A program made the translations under genes and the position numbers. From contig NC_092671.1 of NCBI RefSeq assembly GCF_964355755.1, positions 9,424,001 to 9,488,000 of the forward strand: a stretch of 64,000 nucleotides of DNA, written 5' to 3'. Shown here one piece after another: positions 37,953-52,505 of this stretch. The notes beneath the pieces are model-generated. The model saw nothing but the letters and a program-made list of their open reading frames with translations, had not been told where the DNA came from and did no database searches. Numbering within the stretch: the first letter of the stretch is position 1; each line of letters starts with the position of its first letter. This DNA is from Antedon mediterranea (lineage: Eukaryota > Animalia > Echinodermata).

Positions 37953-39169
37953 GTTGTCGCGTTGAAGGTGAAACTAAATGTTGTCGTTGATTATTTCTTT
38001 TTTGTAGGGGAAGAAACGAATTAGATGCTAAATTGTTTTAGGTTTTCAGGAAGTCACTGAAATGTGATAAGCTAAAAGCTAAGGCTTTTACCTGTACTGT
38101 CTGCCTTAAACTCTTTTTTTATTTATCTATATATATCTATATACAATGCTGTATATTTTTTATTAATTTGATAGTAATATATTTTTATATAGGTTTTTTT
38201 TTTAAATTCTAGTAAGTTTTTCAACTTTTAACAAAGATTTTCAAAAACAGATACTCTGCAGCCACTCAAAATTGTTTGAAATTTTTAAGTAAGCAAAAAC
38301 TGGTATACTGTAGGCATCCTATTTTCTATCATGCATTCTTCTTCATTATTAGCTATTTCTTTTGAAATTCCTAATAGAATATCTGTTTATTGTTCTAATT
38401 GCAATATAAGCTCCAAAGTAAAGAATGAATTACTATGATTTTAACAACTCTCAATAATTAGTAATAATCCCACTGGTAAAGATAATATTCTCCTCCAATA
38501 AATTAGTAATCATAGATGATATTTTAATGGGCTATTAAATATTGATTCCAGCCATTTTATGTTCTTGGATACAGTAGAGTATTTGTTTGGAATACTATAA
38601 TATTTGGGGTGGTGCATTTGCTAAAAGATTTTCGATTCAAAAGAGAGTTTTTTCTTGAATTGTACATTTAATAAAGATAATTAAGCGCATTTAAAAAAGG
38701 ATGCATTTTATTAATGAATAAATTATTTTCTAAATCTAATTGCTGGTTATTGTCTAGGAAATGAGTTTGGATTAAAACTTGCTACAGCTAAATTCATTAA
38801 CTGTCTTGTAACATCTTCATGATAATTTTTTCTTTGTGTTTGCGTCCGTTACAAAGAGCAATGAATCATTTTCCTTCGTGCGCTAGGTGTGCCATGTTTA
38901 TTCAGTGAGTAACAAATTTTCGTCTTAAATTTTAAAAGTAAAATAAAGACACATTAACCTGACAACTTCCGTTCTTATGTCTTCGTTAAATTTGCAAGTT
39001 TATCTACATGTTTGATGTGATGAAAAGTGAAAGATCTTACGTTGTGTAGTGTTGTGGAACGGATGTTAGGAAGGGGATGTTATAGACTTATCGAGGTCAA
39101 TGAATCTAAAATGCTTTCAACTTAACATTTAATATCAAATATAATGAGGTTAATTTACTAAGTTTTATC

Positions 39170-39446
39170 AATCAATATACGTTTAATATCCAACTTGAGT
39201 ATATGCTTTTAACACATACTGTATATATATATATAAATATAAGGTTGGGTTTAAATAATTACTTGATATACTACTATAATGCACTGTTATAAACAACTTT
39301 GAGCCCTAAATTTAAGAATTAATATGACGTTTAACATCCAATTTGAGTATATCCTTTTTACACATAATGTATATTATATTATAAGAATGTTGGGTTTAAA
39401 GAAATACTTGATATACTACTATAATGCACTGTTATAAACAACTTTG
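39170..39446. repeat. Imperfect direct duplication (~145-bp unit x2)
   Basis: ACGTTTAA.ATCCAA.TTGAGTATAT...TACTTGATATACTACTATAATGCACTGTTATAAACAACTTTG occurs twice in tandem. Confidence 0.8.
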
Positions 39447-42442
39447 TGCTCCAAAGGCTTTCAAATTATGTGAATGATTGAAATCAAAGTGTTCTAGTGT
39501 AACAATTCTTTTAATAAATTCATAATAATAATTAATCCAGAAATAATTATCTTTATCGCGTTTATAGCAGCCACTTCTACTGATTTTTTTTCCTCAACCC
39601 AATGAAAATTTATTCATAATTATAATCTGGGTGCACAAATATAGATATTTTCTCATGTATCAACCAATCATTGATAATGGGTACTGCTAGTATAGCGTGA
39701 TAAATTGTTATTAATTAATGTATGTATTTTAAATCAAACATTTTTTTTATTATTCGTCGTGTAAAATTTTAGCACACATAATACAAACTGAATGATGCAT
39801 ACATACTTATTTATGGCAAAGTTTTTTTTAGTGTTATTTTCTTCATATAACAATTTAAAGGGATGTTCATGATCCAGGAAAATCCTAATGGGAAAATACA
39901 CATAATTCTGCTTATTGTTTTGTTTTAGTTTTGTATTGCTGTCTAGGTTTTTGTGTCAGTGTTTCTATTTCCTGTATTTATGAGAATCAACCTTAATTGC
40001 CTAGAGTGTTTATAGTGGGCCTACTATACAGTGACAAATTAATTTATAAATATAACACATTTTTTTCTGGTATTCACCTCAGCATAGTTCATTTTATTGT
40101 TAAAAATCATGGTGAAAAATAAATTGAAGGGGTTAAGTCAAATAGTACCTAGGTTACCAGGGTACAAAGAAATGGAATATAAAGTATATAGAGGACCCCT
40201 TTATACTATAAGTTCCTTTACAATAGAAAAAGAATTGCACAGATTATCCACTGGAAAGTAAATAAATATGGAGTACTGTAGTTTCAGAAATATTTAAAAA
40301 TAGTGGCTCGATCACTTTTAGGTACAAAATAAATGGAATTTTATCTTAATTCTTGTAATAGTGATTTTCGTTTTTCCGGCACATATGCGACTATGCAGCA
40401 ATTGAGTCTAACAGTCATTCTGCATATGTCCATATGAGTGTGCGCACTATAACTTTACAGCTGTGTAGTTAAGTGTCACGTCTTGAAAACAAAAGGTTGC
40501 TATTTATCAGTACAATCACGTAATATAGCAAATAATTTTTTTATTGTAGAATTATGTCCCAGAATTTGTGTAACTAGGTTACATTTTATAAGCAATAGCA
40601 TGGTAGTGTTTGATCATACTGTTTTATTACCACTCTCTCATCTTTAGATAATGATATAGTATTATTATCTGCCATAAAATTTGTAGGTATATTGATGGGT
40701 TGAGGTATATTCAAGGGCGTTTTAAAGTAAAAAACAACAATAAAGATGTACATATAGTTATGCAAATTAATTAATTCTACCCTTTAATATTCCTAATTGG
40801 TCATACCTACCAGGCCCCTACTTGATTATACTGTATTATGCTAACCCATTTCCAAGACAAAGACAAAAGTGAGTATAATAGAAATTATATACACATTTCT
40901 TATGTAATAATTTATAACTTAGAAATTGTATAAGCAGTCAACTTCCCCCATTATCATGTGTCTAGTATCATTGGGGAAAGTAAAAGAATATTATATATAA
41001 ATTTACAGAAAAACTCTAAACTACCAAATGGTATATACTGGAAATGAATTAATTTTTAAATATTGAAGATGAGCAAATATGTGAGCTACTCAAAACCCAT
41101 TGATAATGCTTAAATTGTACAATTTTGTTTTTAGCTTGTCAGAATACAGTGAATCGTATGCCATTCATTTTACCACACATAGACATATACTGTATGTGGT
41201 CATAGTTTCTTTGTATTTTGCATGATTAGCAAATAAGACATTTGAATAACACTCAAATAAAATCTCTTTACACACATTTAACTTTCATTTCATAAAGGTA
41301 TTTACGTCTAGATATTTGTGAACAAAGATTCTGACGATTTCATTATGAACTGCACAATGTACTTCCTTTCATATCATTTGGGAATTTTCTCTGGAAATTT
41401 GCCAAAAATTATCATTACATTCAAACAAACTTCTGTCATATTTGCTTGTGAACATTTCCCAGTGTGTACCATTAAATTGTGATTTGTTATTGTATGATAT
41501 CATTCTGATTTAAGTAAAGGGTGTACTGTAAATGCACCCTTTTAAAATATTAGTGTTTTCCATTTTGTCAATAAGAGAAATAAATACTCATTAAAAAATA
41601 CATTTCCATGCACCAATGGCAAAAATACTCTCAGCCTGCATATGATATATTGTGGGCATACTGTAATATTTAAGCCCTCATAAAATTATGAGTGAACTAT
41701 CCACTAATGCATTGGTCAGAAATAGTTATAAAATGGAGGACCAAGATATATTTATTTATTGATTCTCGTAAAGTCAGAACAAAAATGATTGTATTACAAA
41801 AAATATAAAAATTGTATGAAAAAAGGATATCAAAAATATTGAATTACATATTGAAAAATTACATATAAAATTGTCATGATTGATTGATTAGTTATTTCTA
41901 TTCTCTATTTTTCAGATTCGGTATAGATGTACAGTACTTAATTGATGCCATATTACAATGGGTGACAACATAACCTACCGTACCTCAAGTTCACCGTAAC
42001 ACTTTTAAATAAACAACATGGTATTGAAATTCAAAATTCATTTATGGCTAAAGTGGTTTTGAAAAGGTAGTCATAGTTACAAAGTAATACAATGATCTGT
42101 TTCGCAGCCTACATTAATATTGTAAAAATAGAACATTATATTTTTATAGAAATTATTATAATACGATGTGCAGGGTTCAATGAACTGTATGAAGTGTCTT
42201 CTGCAGTTTGAATTACGCCAGAGGACCAATAATTAGAATAATAATGAGATGTGCATTCAAGCATGACATTTCCTAGAACATGAGACGATATTTAATTTTC
42301 AAATGAACTACAAACCAAACAACATATATTTTTATAGTTTTTTTAAATTATATATATCATTGTATGAGTACAAATGGGTGTTGACTCAGTGCTATATTTA
42401 GAGTGTGTGCTCACAATGTTCATTCTCAGGGGATGGCTAAGG

Positions 42443-43297
42443 CATATACAACATCTTAAGTGTAGGCATAGTACAGCACAAAGCTAACATATACAACATC
42501 TTAAGTGTAGGCATAGTACAGCACAAAGCTAACATATACAACATCTTAAGTGTAGGCATAGTACAGCACAAAGCTAACATATACAACATCTTAAGTGTAG
42601 GCATAGTACAGCACAAAGCTAACATATACAACATCTTAAGTGTAGGCATAGTACAGCACAAAGCTAACATATACAACATCTTAAGTGTAGGCATAGTACA
42701 GCACAAAGCTAACATATACAACATCTTAAGTGTAGGCATAGTACAGCACAAAGCTAACATATACAACATCTTAAGTGTAGGCATAGTACAGCACAAAGCT
42801 AACATATACAACATCTTAAGTGTAGGCATAGTACAGCACAAAGCTAACATATACAACATCTTAAGTGTAGGCATAGTACAGCACAAAGCTAACATATACA
42901 ACATCTTAAGTGTAGGCATAGTACAGCACAAAGCTAACATATACAACATCTTAAGTGTAGGCATAGTACAGCACAAAGCTAACATATACAACATCTTAAG
43001 TGTAGGCATAGTACAGCACAAAGCTAACATATACAACATCTTAAGTGTAGGCATAGTACAGCACAAAGCTAACATATACAACATCTTAAGTGTAGGCATA
43101 GTACAGCACAAAGCTAACATATACAACATCTTAAGTGTAGGCATAGTACAGCACAAAGCTAACATATACAACATCTTAAGTGTAGGCATAGTACAGCACA
43201 AAGCTAACATATACAACATCTTAAGTGTAGGCATAGTACAGCACAAAGCTAACATATACAACATCTTAAGTGTAGGCATAGTACAGCACAAAGCTAA
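42443..43297. repeat. Perfect 45-bp minisatellite x19
   Basis: Unit CATATACAACATCTTAAGTGTAGGCATAGTACAGCACAAAGCTAA, with no spacers and no visible variants. Confidence 0.97.
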
Positions 43298-46200
43298 CAG
43301 TACGATTAAGAGGATGGGGGAAACTTTCAAGACCCAAAAATGTGTCCTCTTAATAGAGGTGCCACTGAATAGGAGTTGGCCTTAACTTAGTGTTAAAAAA
43401 TAATATATTTCCCCCAGTTTGTTTAACATGTGGGTCCCCTTAATAGTAGTGATGTTCCCTAGTAATTTCTAAAAATGTAGCTTGGTAGACAGTGTATTCT
43501 TATGTATATAATTAGATATATTGTTCAAAGGCAAATTACTGAAAAAATGACAATGCTGAGACTGGATCTCAATGGAGCAAAAAGCTAAATCAAAACAATA
43601 AAGTTAAACAGCCAGAACAATTTGCAGAGCTTTCGGGTATTAATTAAATGTATTGTGTTATTTTTATCTATAATTCAATTCAAAGTCAAAATAATTTAAA
43701 CTTGCTTAGCTGTTTGATTCTCATTGGTTCTGAGGTAACGTGTGTACAGTATGAATAATAAATGATCAACTGACATTTAAATTTCTTGGATTATAAAATA
43801 TAACCGTCATATTATCATTGTTGCCAGAATCTCACAAATATTTTTAACAATTGAACTACAGTCTTCCATAATTTATGGATAGTAGATTTCTGGCAATAAT
43901 TCTAAAAATATCCTCAAACGACATGGCAAATAACATAATAATCTCGTTAATGACATGATTGGAAAATATCACTACAGGATTTTGACCAATGATTGCATCA
44001 TCTTCCTCCTTAGTTTAGTATGTAAAATATAAAAGTGATGTTTTAAAAGCTTTAAAATGAATGTGATGATGTATTTAAAAGATTCACGAGGCAAAAAAGG
44101 AGATTTGAATTCGTGAAATTGAAATGTTCTAATGAAGTTTTTGTTATTGAAATTTATTGAGAATCTTCTTTTCCTATCTTCTTCTCTTTTTATATTTACA
44201 TCTACATTTATCAACAAATTTTAAAAAAACAAACAAAAACTTCCAAAATGTTGAAAATACAGAACCCCTTGTATTGAGAGAACATTTTCTCATAAAACGA
44301 ACAAGGGGAAAAATGTTGTTTTACCAATATGATCAACCCCTTAATATAGGTTCTATTATTATTATATTGACAACATGGAACTTTAAACAAGGCAATCTAA
44401 CCTTGCTTTAAACATGTTTCTGAGATTTCAGACACCCCCCATGTTATCTAGATCTGATTCCATTTCCCTTCTATTATCACTCCATCAATTTAGTTTCAAT
44501 TCAAAACCCTTATTTAAAGAATATTGTTTGTCTATAGCCCTAGATAATGTCATTGTTTTGCCAGTCAAATGTTTCTTAACCCCACTGGGCTTATTGGCGA
44601 GTATGCACAGTGCAATTTATTGTCGATAAATAGTGTCTGTTAAATTAACTGTAACCTGTTAGCATGTCCGGGAATAAATAGATAAGTAATTAATTAAGAG
44701 CGAAATACAACACCCAGATATTGATTTTTTCACAATAGTTGATGAAGTTGGTATCTTCGACTATGTCTGTTATTGATGTTAAATTGAATATTGGTATGCT
44801 AATCTTCAAAATATACATTTGTGCACGCAACCGGTCATACACATTAGAATTATACAAAATGCCTGTAATTTATGGTATTAATTATTACCGTACTGTACTT
44901 GTTTACTTGTTCTCGCAAAATGCGGGAGTTAAGGCTTAAAAGCCCTGGAATATGAGTGAAGTATCTTCATTTCATATTAAAGATTTATTATTTTTATTTT
45001 TTACCTATTTATCTAGTTATTAAAGACCAACATTAACATTATTTAATGTTAGTAGTTTAGTGAAAGGTTACGTTAATATTGCCAAAGACCTCTTCAATTG
45101 TAAGGAATATTTATTCTGAAATAAAGTGATCAATCAATTGAAAATCCTCTAATTTCTGACCTATAGTTTTCACCTTTTACAACGACCACATTTTGACATA
45201 TTTTTCGGCTCGCATCTTCGAAAACAAATTTTACAGTATTGAATTTGATATGTCATGTTTTCAGTGTTGCCACTGTCAGCATGAGATATTCGAAAATCTT
45301 CCCATGTATTACTGTTCAACCGAAACTATGGGATTAGCTAGAATTACGATATCGATACATTCACTATCCTACCCTTTACTAATTAGAGCTGTCAAAATGT
45401 ACGCATAACATCATTATTTATAAATACATCCGCGTGAACATAAATAGGCCCATCTGAAAGGTTAAGCTAAATGCATGTGTTTACGCGTTGCGATTGATTT
45501 GATATTTATATCTGTCGAGAGTGTAAAAATTGAACGCACTGTATTATTGGGGCATCCAAAAGGATCTTCTTATCTATAATGAAATCCAGTAGAGGAAAAT
45601 TGGCCGCTTTTATGTTGAATGAAACTCACAGATATGACATTTATAGGCCTATAGCACATCAATTAACAAGTTTTCGTTGCGTGGCCCTCGAATCTCAACA
45701 TAATTGAGATGGGTAGAAATTGCCAAATGTAGGTCCATTATTTATTTTTTGTGTGAAATTAAATTGAATTTAACTGCCATCCAAAATACATTAAAAACAT
45801 TACGTAGGCTTATTTTATTAGCATATTACGTATGCCTCATAATAACATAATTTATAACATATTTAATGTTCAGTCAGAATTTTCAAGATGAATCTCATTA
45901 AACAATTCAGTCTACATCTTTAGACGACTCAAGTAATTGTCTATACGTTGGAATTCAATGGAGGTCATATCGATCTCCAGTCATTAATATCGGTTGACCT
46001 CTAAATGACGTCTTACGTTTAAAAGTTATGAGCGATTCATACCAACATAACAACAGAAGATACTGTCAATTAGTTATAATCGAACCGCATCATTTTGTTT
46101 GGTGTGTAGGTGTGTAGTTTGACGTTCAAAGAAAAACATGCTTGCGAACAAAATAATTACACGTGACAATCCCGAAAGATAAAAATTGGAAACTAACTAA

Positions 46201-46449
46201 ACAAAATCCCAAAATCTTCTCAATCATAATTATATACGAAGGAGTTGACGACATACGGCCTACTATAAATTTGCACACAAAATGCAGGCATGTTTTTAAT
46301 GAACATTGTTGACAAGAAAGTTGCTTCCAACATTTATCCAGGTAGGTATTAATCTACGTGTTCAAACCACAGAGCTCCATGTCAGGACTACTATACGTTT
46401 TTCTGGGGCATCATTACATCACATTAATGTGAACGCATCCAAACCATAA

Positions 46450-46597
46450 AGCGTGGTTCTCACTAGAAATACAACGCAAAGACGCACGCGCAATGACCAA
46501 TGACAAGCCACTCTTCGAGTAATCCATCGCTTGTGATTGGTCAAATCACTTACGTTGCGTTACGCCCTTGCGTTGCGTCGCTAGTGGGAACCAAGCT
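46450..46597. mobile_element. PIF/Harbinger-type MITE
   Basis: Imperfect TIRs AGCGTGGTTCTCACTAG / CTAGTGGGAACCAAGCT with TAA on both flanks. Confidence 0.75.
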
Positions 46598-49500
46598 TAA
46601 CATGTGACACTACCAATTTTCACGATTTTTTCCTTCGGCCACCTGACTTGAATCCATCGTCAGGTGGAAGTTAAACAGCGATATCATCACTTATTTATTA
46701 TTCACGATCATCCATTATCAACGTCTTATAGGCTAACACACATAATAACCTATCAATTATTAACACATCTTAATCTAACTTGGCCTATGTTATTGCCGTC
46801 CGGTTAACCAACAATACAATAATCACGGATCAATAATATATCCTTTACCGTTTCTTTGTTCACTAGCCGGCGTTCTCATTGTTCTCATACAAAATTAATG
46901 TGTGGATGCCTCTGTCTCATCTTAGTGCCTCTGTCTTATCTAATATTGTCTGTCTTGGTGTAGGTCTAGCAAATTTTCATGAATCGACCCAGGCTTACTA
47001 TTTGTGAATACAGTATTATCAAATTCTTTGCTATTATGTAATAATGTGTAGCAATGTAATGGGTGTGTTCCTTGCCTCGTGTCAGTAATCTCATTTTCCC
47101 CTTGTTTCTGCCCTTGTTTCTGCCCTTGTTTCCCTGCCAAGGTTTCCAAAATAGAGGGGCCTGTCCTGTATCATCTTGATGCTTTCAATCGGAGGTCATC
47201 GACTTCAAATATAGCCTACTTTCATAATTATATTATCGATTACACTAATGTGATGATTAATTTCATTCATCAACATTACGAATTCAGCTTTGCGACATTC
47301 GGAATGCTCTCGTAACAAAGCTGCTTAAGAAATAATATGGATTAGCGCAGAAGACAATTAAGCTTAATGCATTATGCGCATATAAACTACAACAATAGCA
47401 GTACATTATCATTTCTGTACTGAAACCCCTTTTTAGTCCATAAATTCGATGAAGGAAACAATAATGATATTATTATGAAAATTGTCATCCTTCCGTTGAT
47501 TCATGTGGAACCAGTAACTGCGCGCGCAGGGTTCATTCTAAGTCATGTGACCGGAAACATTTGATCAGGTGTGTTGAAGCGAGTTCACATTAAATCATAT
47601 TTAAATTAGAATAAATTTCCCCTTCTTCTTATCATAATAATACTTCAAGTTTTGCATTATGGTTGTTGAGTATTGGAAACGGAAGTAACGCCATTCATTC
47701 AATATAACCATACGTAGGCCAATGTCACCTGTATGTAAATTAGGTCATTTCTGCTTTGTTTGAACTATATAAACCACGGCCCATATTCTTACAATTATTA
47801 ATTCGAGAAATATAATACCGAAACGCCTAAACTATGTAAAACAAAAGAGTAGAAATTGTCAGTGACGATATTAAAAAATAAACGCAACACGAGTACGTTC
47901 TATGCAGTAGATTTAATGAACATAGGCCACGGGGTTTCTTTCCATATATTCTTATATCCAGGAAATCCGTGCCTGAGAACGAAACTGACTATCCTAATAC
48001 TGTAGATAGATAAATAAATCTGGGAAATAAAAGCGATGCTTTGTCGTATTATTACTTTCAATTATTAAATGAAGGAAAAAGCTAAGAGAAATGACTTGGC
48101 TTGATTTCGATCAGTCCTTGTGATTTGTGACCTAATTTTTTAATGATAGCTATTTCTTTGTCTTCAAGTTAATTGATTGAAGAGTCGCTTAGATTCAGTT
48201 TGAATTGTAGTTCAGTCATTGTCTCAGGAGTACATCGTAAATATTTTGGTTAGATTTTGCTATAACCTGGCCGTGGTGTTTTCATCGATTTATGAAACTG
48301 AATTAAGAAATGCGAGACGAACCCGAACTATTTTGTGTAAAGAACGTGTCATAATATGTTTAATTCTATTATTCAAATCTATGATTTAATCCCCTTACTG
48401 GGGCGATACAACCATCACTGTCTGAAGCATTATCATCACTATCCACATTATCATCATCACTATCACCAGAATTGTATCCATCACCATTGCCATCAATATT
48501 TTCGTTACTATTACCACAATCGAATTATTCATAACCGTACACTAACTCATCATATCGAAATGAAACAGATACGGTACACATACCTATTCCTAGAATGATT
48601 TCATACATCTTATTGCATTGTATACGTAAGGTCAACCAAATAATAGTCTTCTTCATTCCATATTTAGTCATAATGTACGAATCCACCCAACATACTAATT
48701 AACATAATCAGGTGGAATAAGGTGAATGAACATCATTGGTTAATTTCTAGTCTTCGTGTCCCCAGCGCGTGTGTTTTTACTCGACCGTGTCTGCTGGCTG
48801 TAACATTGTGGAAATCCAACAGCAATTTCGATTTCCTCGTCTGATATATTAATTAATATACATCCATACATAAGATAAGCTATTTATTTTCGTAGTGAAG
48901 CTTTATTTTTTACAGGCCACACCCAAGTACTTTATTACAGTATCTCCTAATTTTAGTCGTCTGGTATTAATTTATATCCAGAAGCTTTACGTACACAATG
49001 CATTTCAAATGCATCGCAATAAATGGGATAGATTTCCGAAAACAACTTTATATAAGGCTAATCTTAAACGTCGGTTAAGAACATGAATCTGTACGCAAGC
49101 AATTCGGTAATAGGGAAATCCCCCTTCGATTACGTCATATGCTAAAAAAGGAAACCCGCATTCCCACCGCTACCCGAAGCCCCTTATTTAACCATAAAGA
49201 TTACTATAATATCTCTATGATTTAACAAAAGAGATAATTAGATCTTGTTTTATCTTTATTAAATTATAATGCATCTTTGAAAACGAGAACACTACTGCTT
49301 CGTTAAAAGACAACAACGATCAAACGAGGCGATAATGGTCGAGTTCGATGCCCTTTGTATAAAAGATACAACGGCATTGTCCACATTAGCTCAACCACTC
49401 AACGACACAATCATATTAAAATGTTACAATGCAATATTGGGCCGCAATTCCAGCGTTATTAGTGTTCGATAAAATAATGGTTCGGGCGTCGTTCCAGTAC

Positions 49501-50578
49501 TTTCCGATGGAAATTGCGTTACTTTGTGTTTAAATATGCAGTAATTAGTCTACTGACGCGTTTATGTACACACGCTGTACTACTGTGACATCATAATTTA
49601 ATATGCTTTTTTGTATGCTCCGGTTTACTTAATAATACTAATAATATTTATTTATAATAATATAACAAGGGATATATAAATACCTCCCTGATATAACTAT
49701 GCAGAACACTCTTAAGGAAATAAAGTGTCCCCTTAATACGGGTGTATCTACCCCCTGGATAAGATTTGGTTGTAGTATTAAATCATACATTCCACATGAA
49801 TCGGGGTGTCCCCAAAGAATGGATTCTACTACTGTAAAATTACATATATAATTTTATATTTTCACCAATGAAATTTAGAGTGAAATAATCAGCATAAAAA
49901 CAATAGGCGATACTGCCGTTTATGAGTTGTTACTTGCATAAAATCATAGTTTATTATAATATATCATAATAATATTATGATATAATAGTTAAGTCAAAAA
50001 ACAATAATATTCCCCTGGTATTGGTCTTATCGCTTAAAATTAATTGTTATTAGCGACGTGGAGGATTACACCGTATTCGCTATCTATACCATCATAGTCA
50101 ATATGATAAACGCGGGGTAATTTACATAAATTGCATTTTAATAGATGGTGGATTAGATGACGTCTGGAACTTACTGGATCATTCAGCAGTTACATTATTT
50201 TTCTTTATATTGGTACATGATATTTTGTACAAGGTCAGAACCATTATCAATGGATATTCTTTTAATAGTGTGATATGATCCAGGTTCCACAACCATGACA
50301 CCTTATTACGTCACACTTATCATTTAAACCAGCGTCTTAAATAATGTCAATTAAACCATGTAAACATGTAAACATGCACCATAAAACATAATATAACTAT
50401 GGAGATATACCTCTTTTATATAACTTAATATGCGCGCGTATGTTTTTCCTTTTATTTACAATTCCATTACACTATTTCAGATGCATATTATTTTAATTTA
50501 TTATGATTAGTGCGGTGAGGCGGCAGCAAGGAATTAAAATGTAATTTTAGAATTAAATTATAATTTAAGATTTCTTAC

Positions 50579-51020
50579 CTTTTGTATATAAAATATTAAT
50601 TCCTTGTGATCTTGCTTTAAAAAACGCTAGATCCAAACGTGCTCCGATAACACAATGTTTAGCTTCGGTTTATGAAAAATTCAAGAAGCAGGTTGCGCGT
50701 AATGATATGAGCGGTTAAAGGCCAAAATGCTGCCAGCAGACGATCTTATCGCTGTTCTGTCAACGATATAAGAAATCGATAATCGGTCTAGCGTTTATTA
50801 TTATCAAGTTATCCAATCATGTGACGAGTTACAATGTCTTCGATTTCTACCGCTTCCCTAGTCAATAGGCCTATACGTTTCAATGTTTCGGTTACGTAAT
50901 AGTTGGTTGTAGATAAGAAGCCCTGGAATATTTTAGCGCAGTCAGTAGTAATGACGTCATGAATTTAAGACGTGTCGTGCCTTGAGTTTTCACTCAGACT
51001 CTCAGTGGGAACACGGTCGG
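50579..51020 (-). promoter_or_regulatory. Candidate distal promoter and non-coding first exon of the Tau-like gene
   Basis: Strong donor AAG|GTAAGA at 50579, local CpG enrichment, CCAAT at 50813 and palindromic CRE TGACGTCA at 50952-50959. It lies downstream of the SLC30 3' end. Confidence 0.45.
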
Positions 51021-51275
51021 TCGGTTCTTTTTTGGTTGTGAATATATAACTTAGATGTTTAATGATTCCCCTTTCCCGCATTCAAGAATTTGGCTATAAT
51101 GGTTATACTGATCCAACATTCTGTCTTTCAGACAGAACTGGTTACTATGGTTGTAAAGGAAGGTGATAACACAAAATATACATACGCATATACGCCTGGA
51201 CAATTATCGAAAAAATCCCTAACAGTGAAATTTTCAGAAACTTTGGCAATATTTCTACCTTTTTATTTTGTACTA

Positions 51276-52075
51276 TAGTACAGGGAAATTTTCGAAAAAT
51301 TGCCGATTTTCGACCCTTTTATTTTCTGACATAAATGGTTACTATTGCATAATAAACATGCGCAGAGACGAATAATAGGTTCTGCGCATGTCAATTGTGC
51401 TACAGTAACCAGTTTTGACATAAATGGTTACTATAGCATAATAAACATGCGCAGAGTCGACTAATGGGTTCTGCTATCATAACCATAAATTATTTGATAA
51501 CCATATAGTACAGAGATTTTTTTTTAAAACGGAGCCAAATTTCGACCCTTTTAGTTTTCGACATAACTGATTATTTTATTCTAAATATGCATGCGCAGAG
51601 GCCCATAACGTGTTCTGCGCATGTTACCTCAATGTTATATTCATATTTTAAAATTTCAGTATTTTGCCATTTCCCGGAAAAATCCCTGTACGGGGATTTT
51701 GTTTAAAAAAATAGTCACATTCCGACCTTTTTTTTTCAACACTAACTGGTTATTTTATCATAAATTAGCATGCGCAGACGTACATAATATTTTCTGCGCA
51801 TGTTACCCTGTACTAGTACAGAGATTTTTTCAAAAAATTGCAAAATTTCGACCCTTTTATTTTTTGACATAACTGGTTATTTTATCATAAATTAGCATGC
51901 GCAGACGTACATAATGTGTTGTGCGCATGTTACCCTGTACTATACTACAGAATTTTTTTTTTAAATAACCAAATTTCGACACTTTTCATTTTTTTACATA
52001 ACCGATTATTTTATCATAAATTGGCATGTTACCTTAATACATTTTAAAATTTCGATATTTAGAATCCCTGTACTA
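51276..52075. mobile_element. TIR-bounded element filled with ~120-bp internal tandem repeats
   Basis: Ends TAGTACAGGGA / TCCCTGTACTA. Repeated units contain TTTCGACCCTTT...ACATAACTGGTTATT and the hairpin CATGCGCAGA-n-TCTGCGCATG. Confidence 0.7.
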
Positions 52076-52292
52076 TTACTATGACAGTTGTTACCAACAG
52101 AACATTTCACTTAAGTGAAAACAAAAGTAAATTATCTTCATAAATGAGCATAATACTTTATTAATAGTAATAGTTTTTAAAGTTATATTATTACTACAAA
52201 TATCTTTTGTAGGCAAAGGGCCGGTAACATATCGTTGGGAATTTTACAAAGACGCACACGCCACACTCACGGGCAGCATTATTTTTCTCCTG

Positions 52293-52505
52293 TCAGGTTA
52301 AGGTAGAAATCGTGAAATTAATTATGGCATAAATTTGAAAAAATTGAGGCGCTATACACAACTCGGCCAAATAATATGGCTTGACGAAAACTGTGGACAC
52401 AAAGTATTTTGATCTATGTCCATGCTTATATAACACCACTTATAATGTCCTAATTTACGCCACAATTAACCTCATGAATTATTCATGATTTCTGCCTTAA
52501 CCTGA
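52293..52505. mobile_element. Inverted-repeat element, probably a degraded Harbinger MITE
   Basis: TCAGGTTAAGGTAGAAATCGTGAA is inverted as TTCATGATTTCTGCCTTAACCTGA, followed by TGTGAACGCAGCT-TTA. Confidence 0.55.

Noticed and set aside
42437-43330. 297-aa ORF with signal-peptide-like start, or a CRISPR-like array
   Set aside because: It is the translation of a perfect 45-bp minisatellite with a non-ATG start and no synonymous variation. There are no spacers or cas genes, and the context is eukaryotic.
46940-47315. Short ORFs with QGQK or CFCP repeats
   Set aside because: They are caused by a 12-bp triple repeat (CCCTTGTTTCTG) and have no other coding evidence.
48356-48598. His-rich ORF
   Set aside because: It is a degenerate (CAT/TAT)n simple repeat with no splice or homology support.
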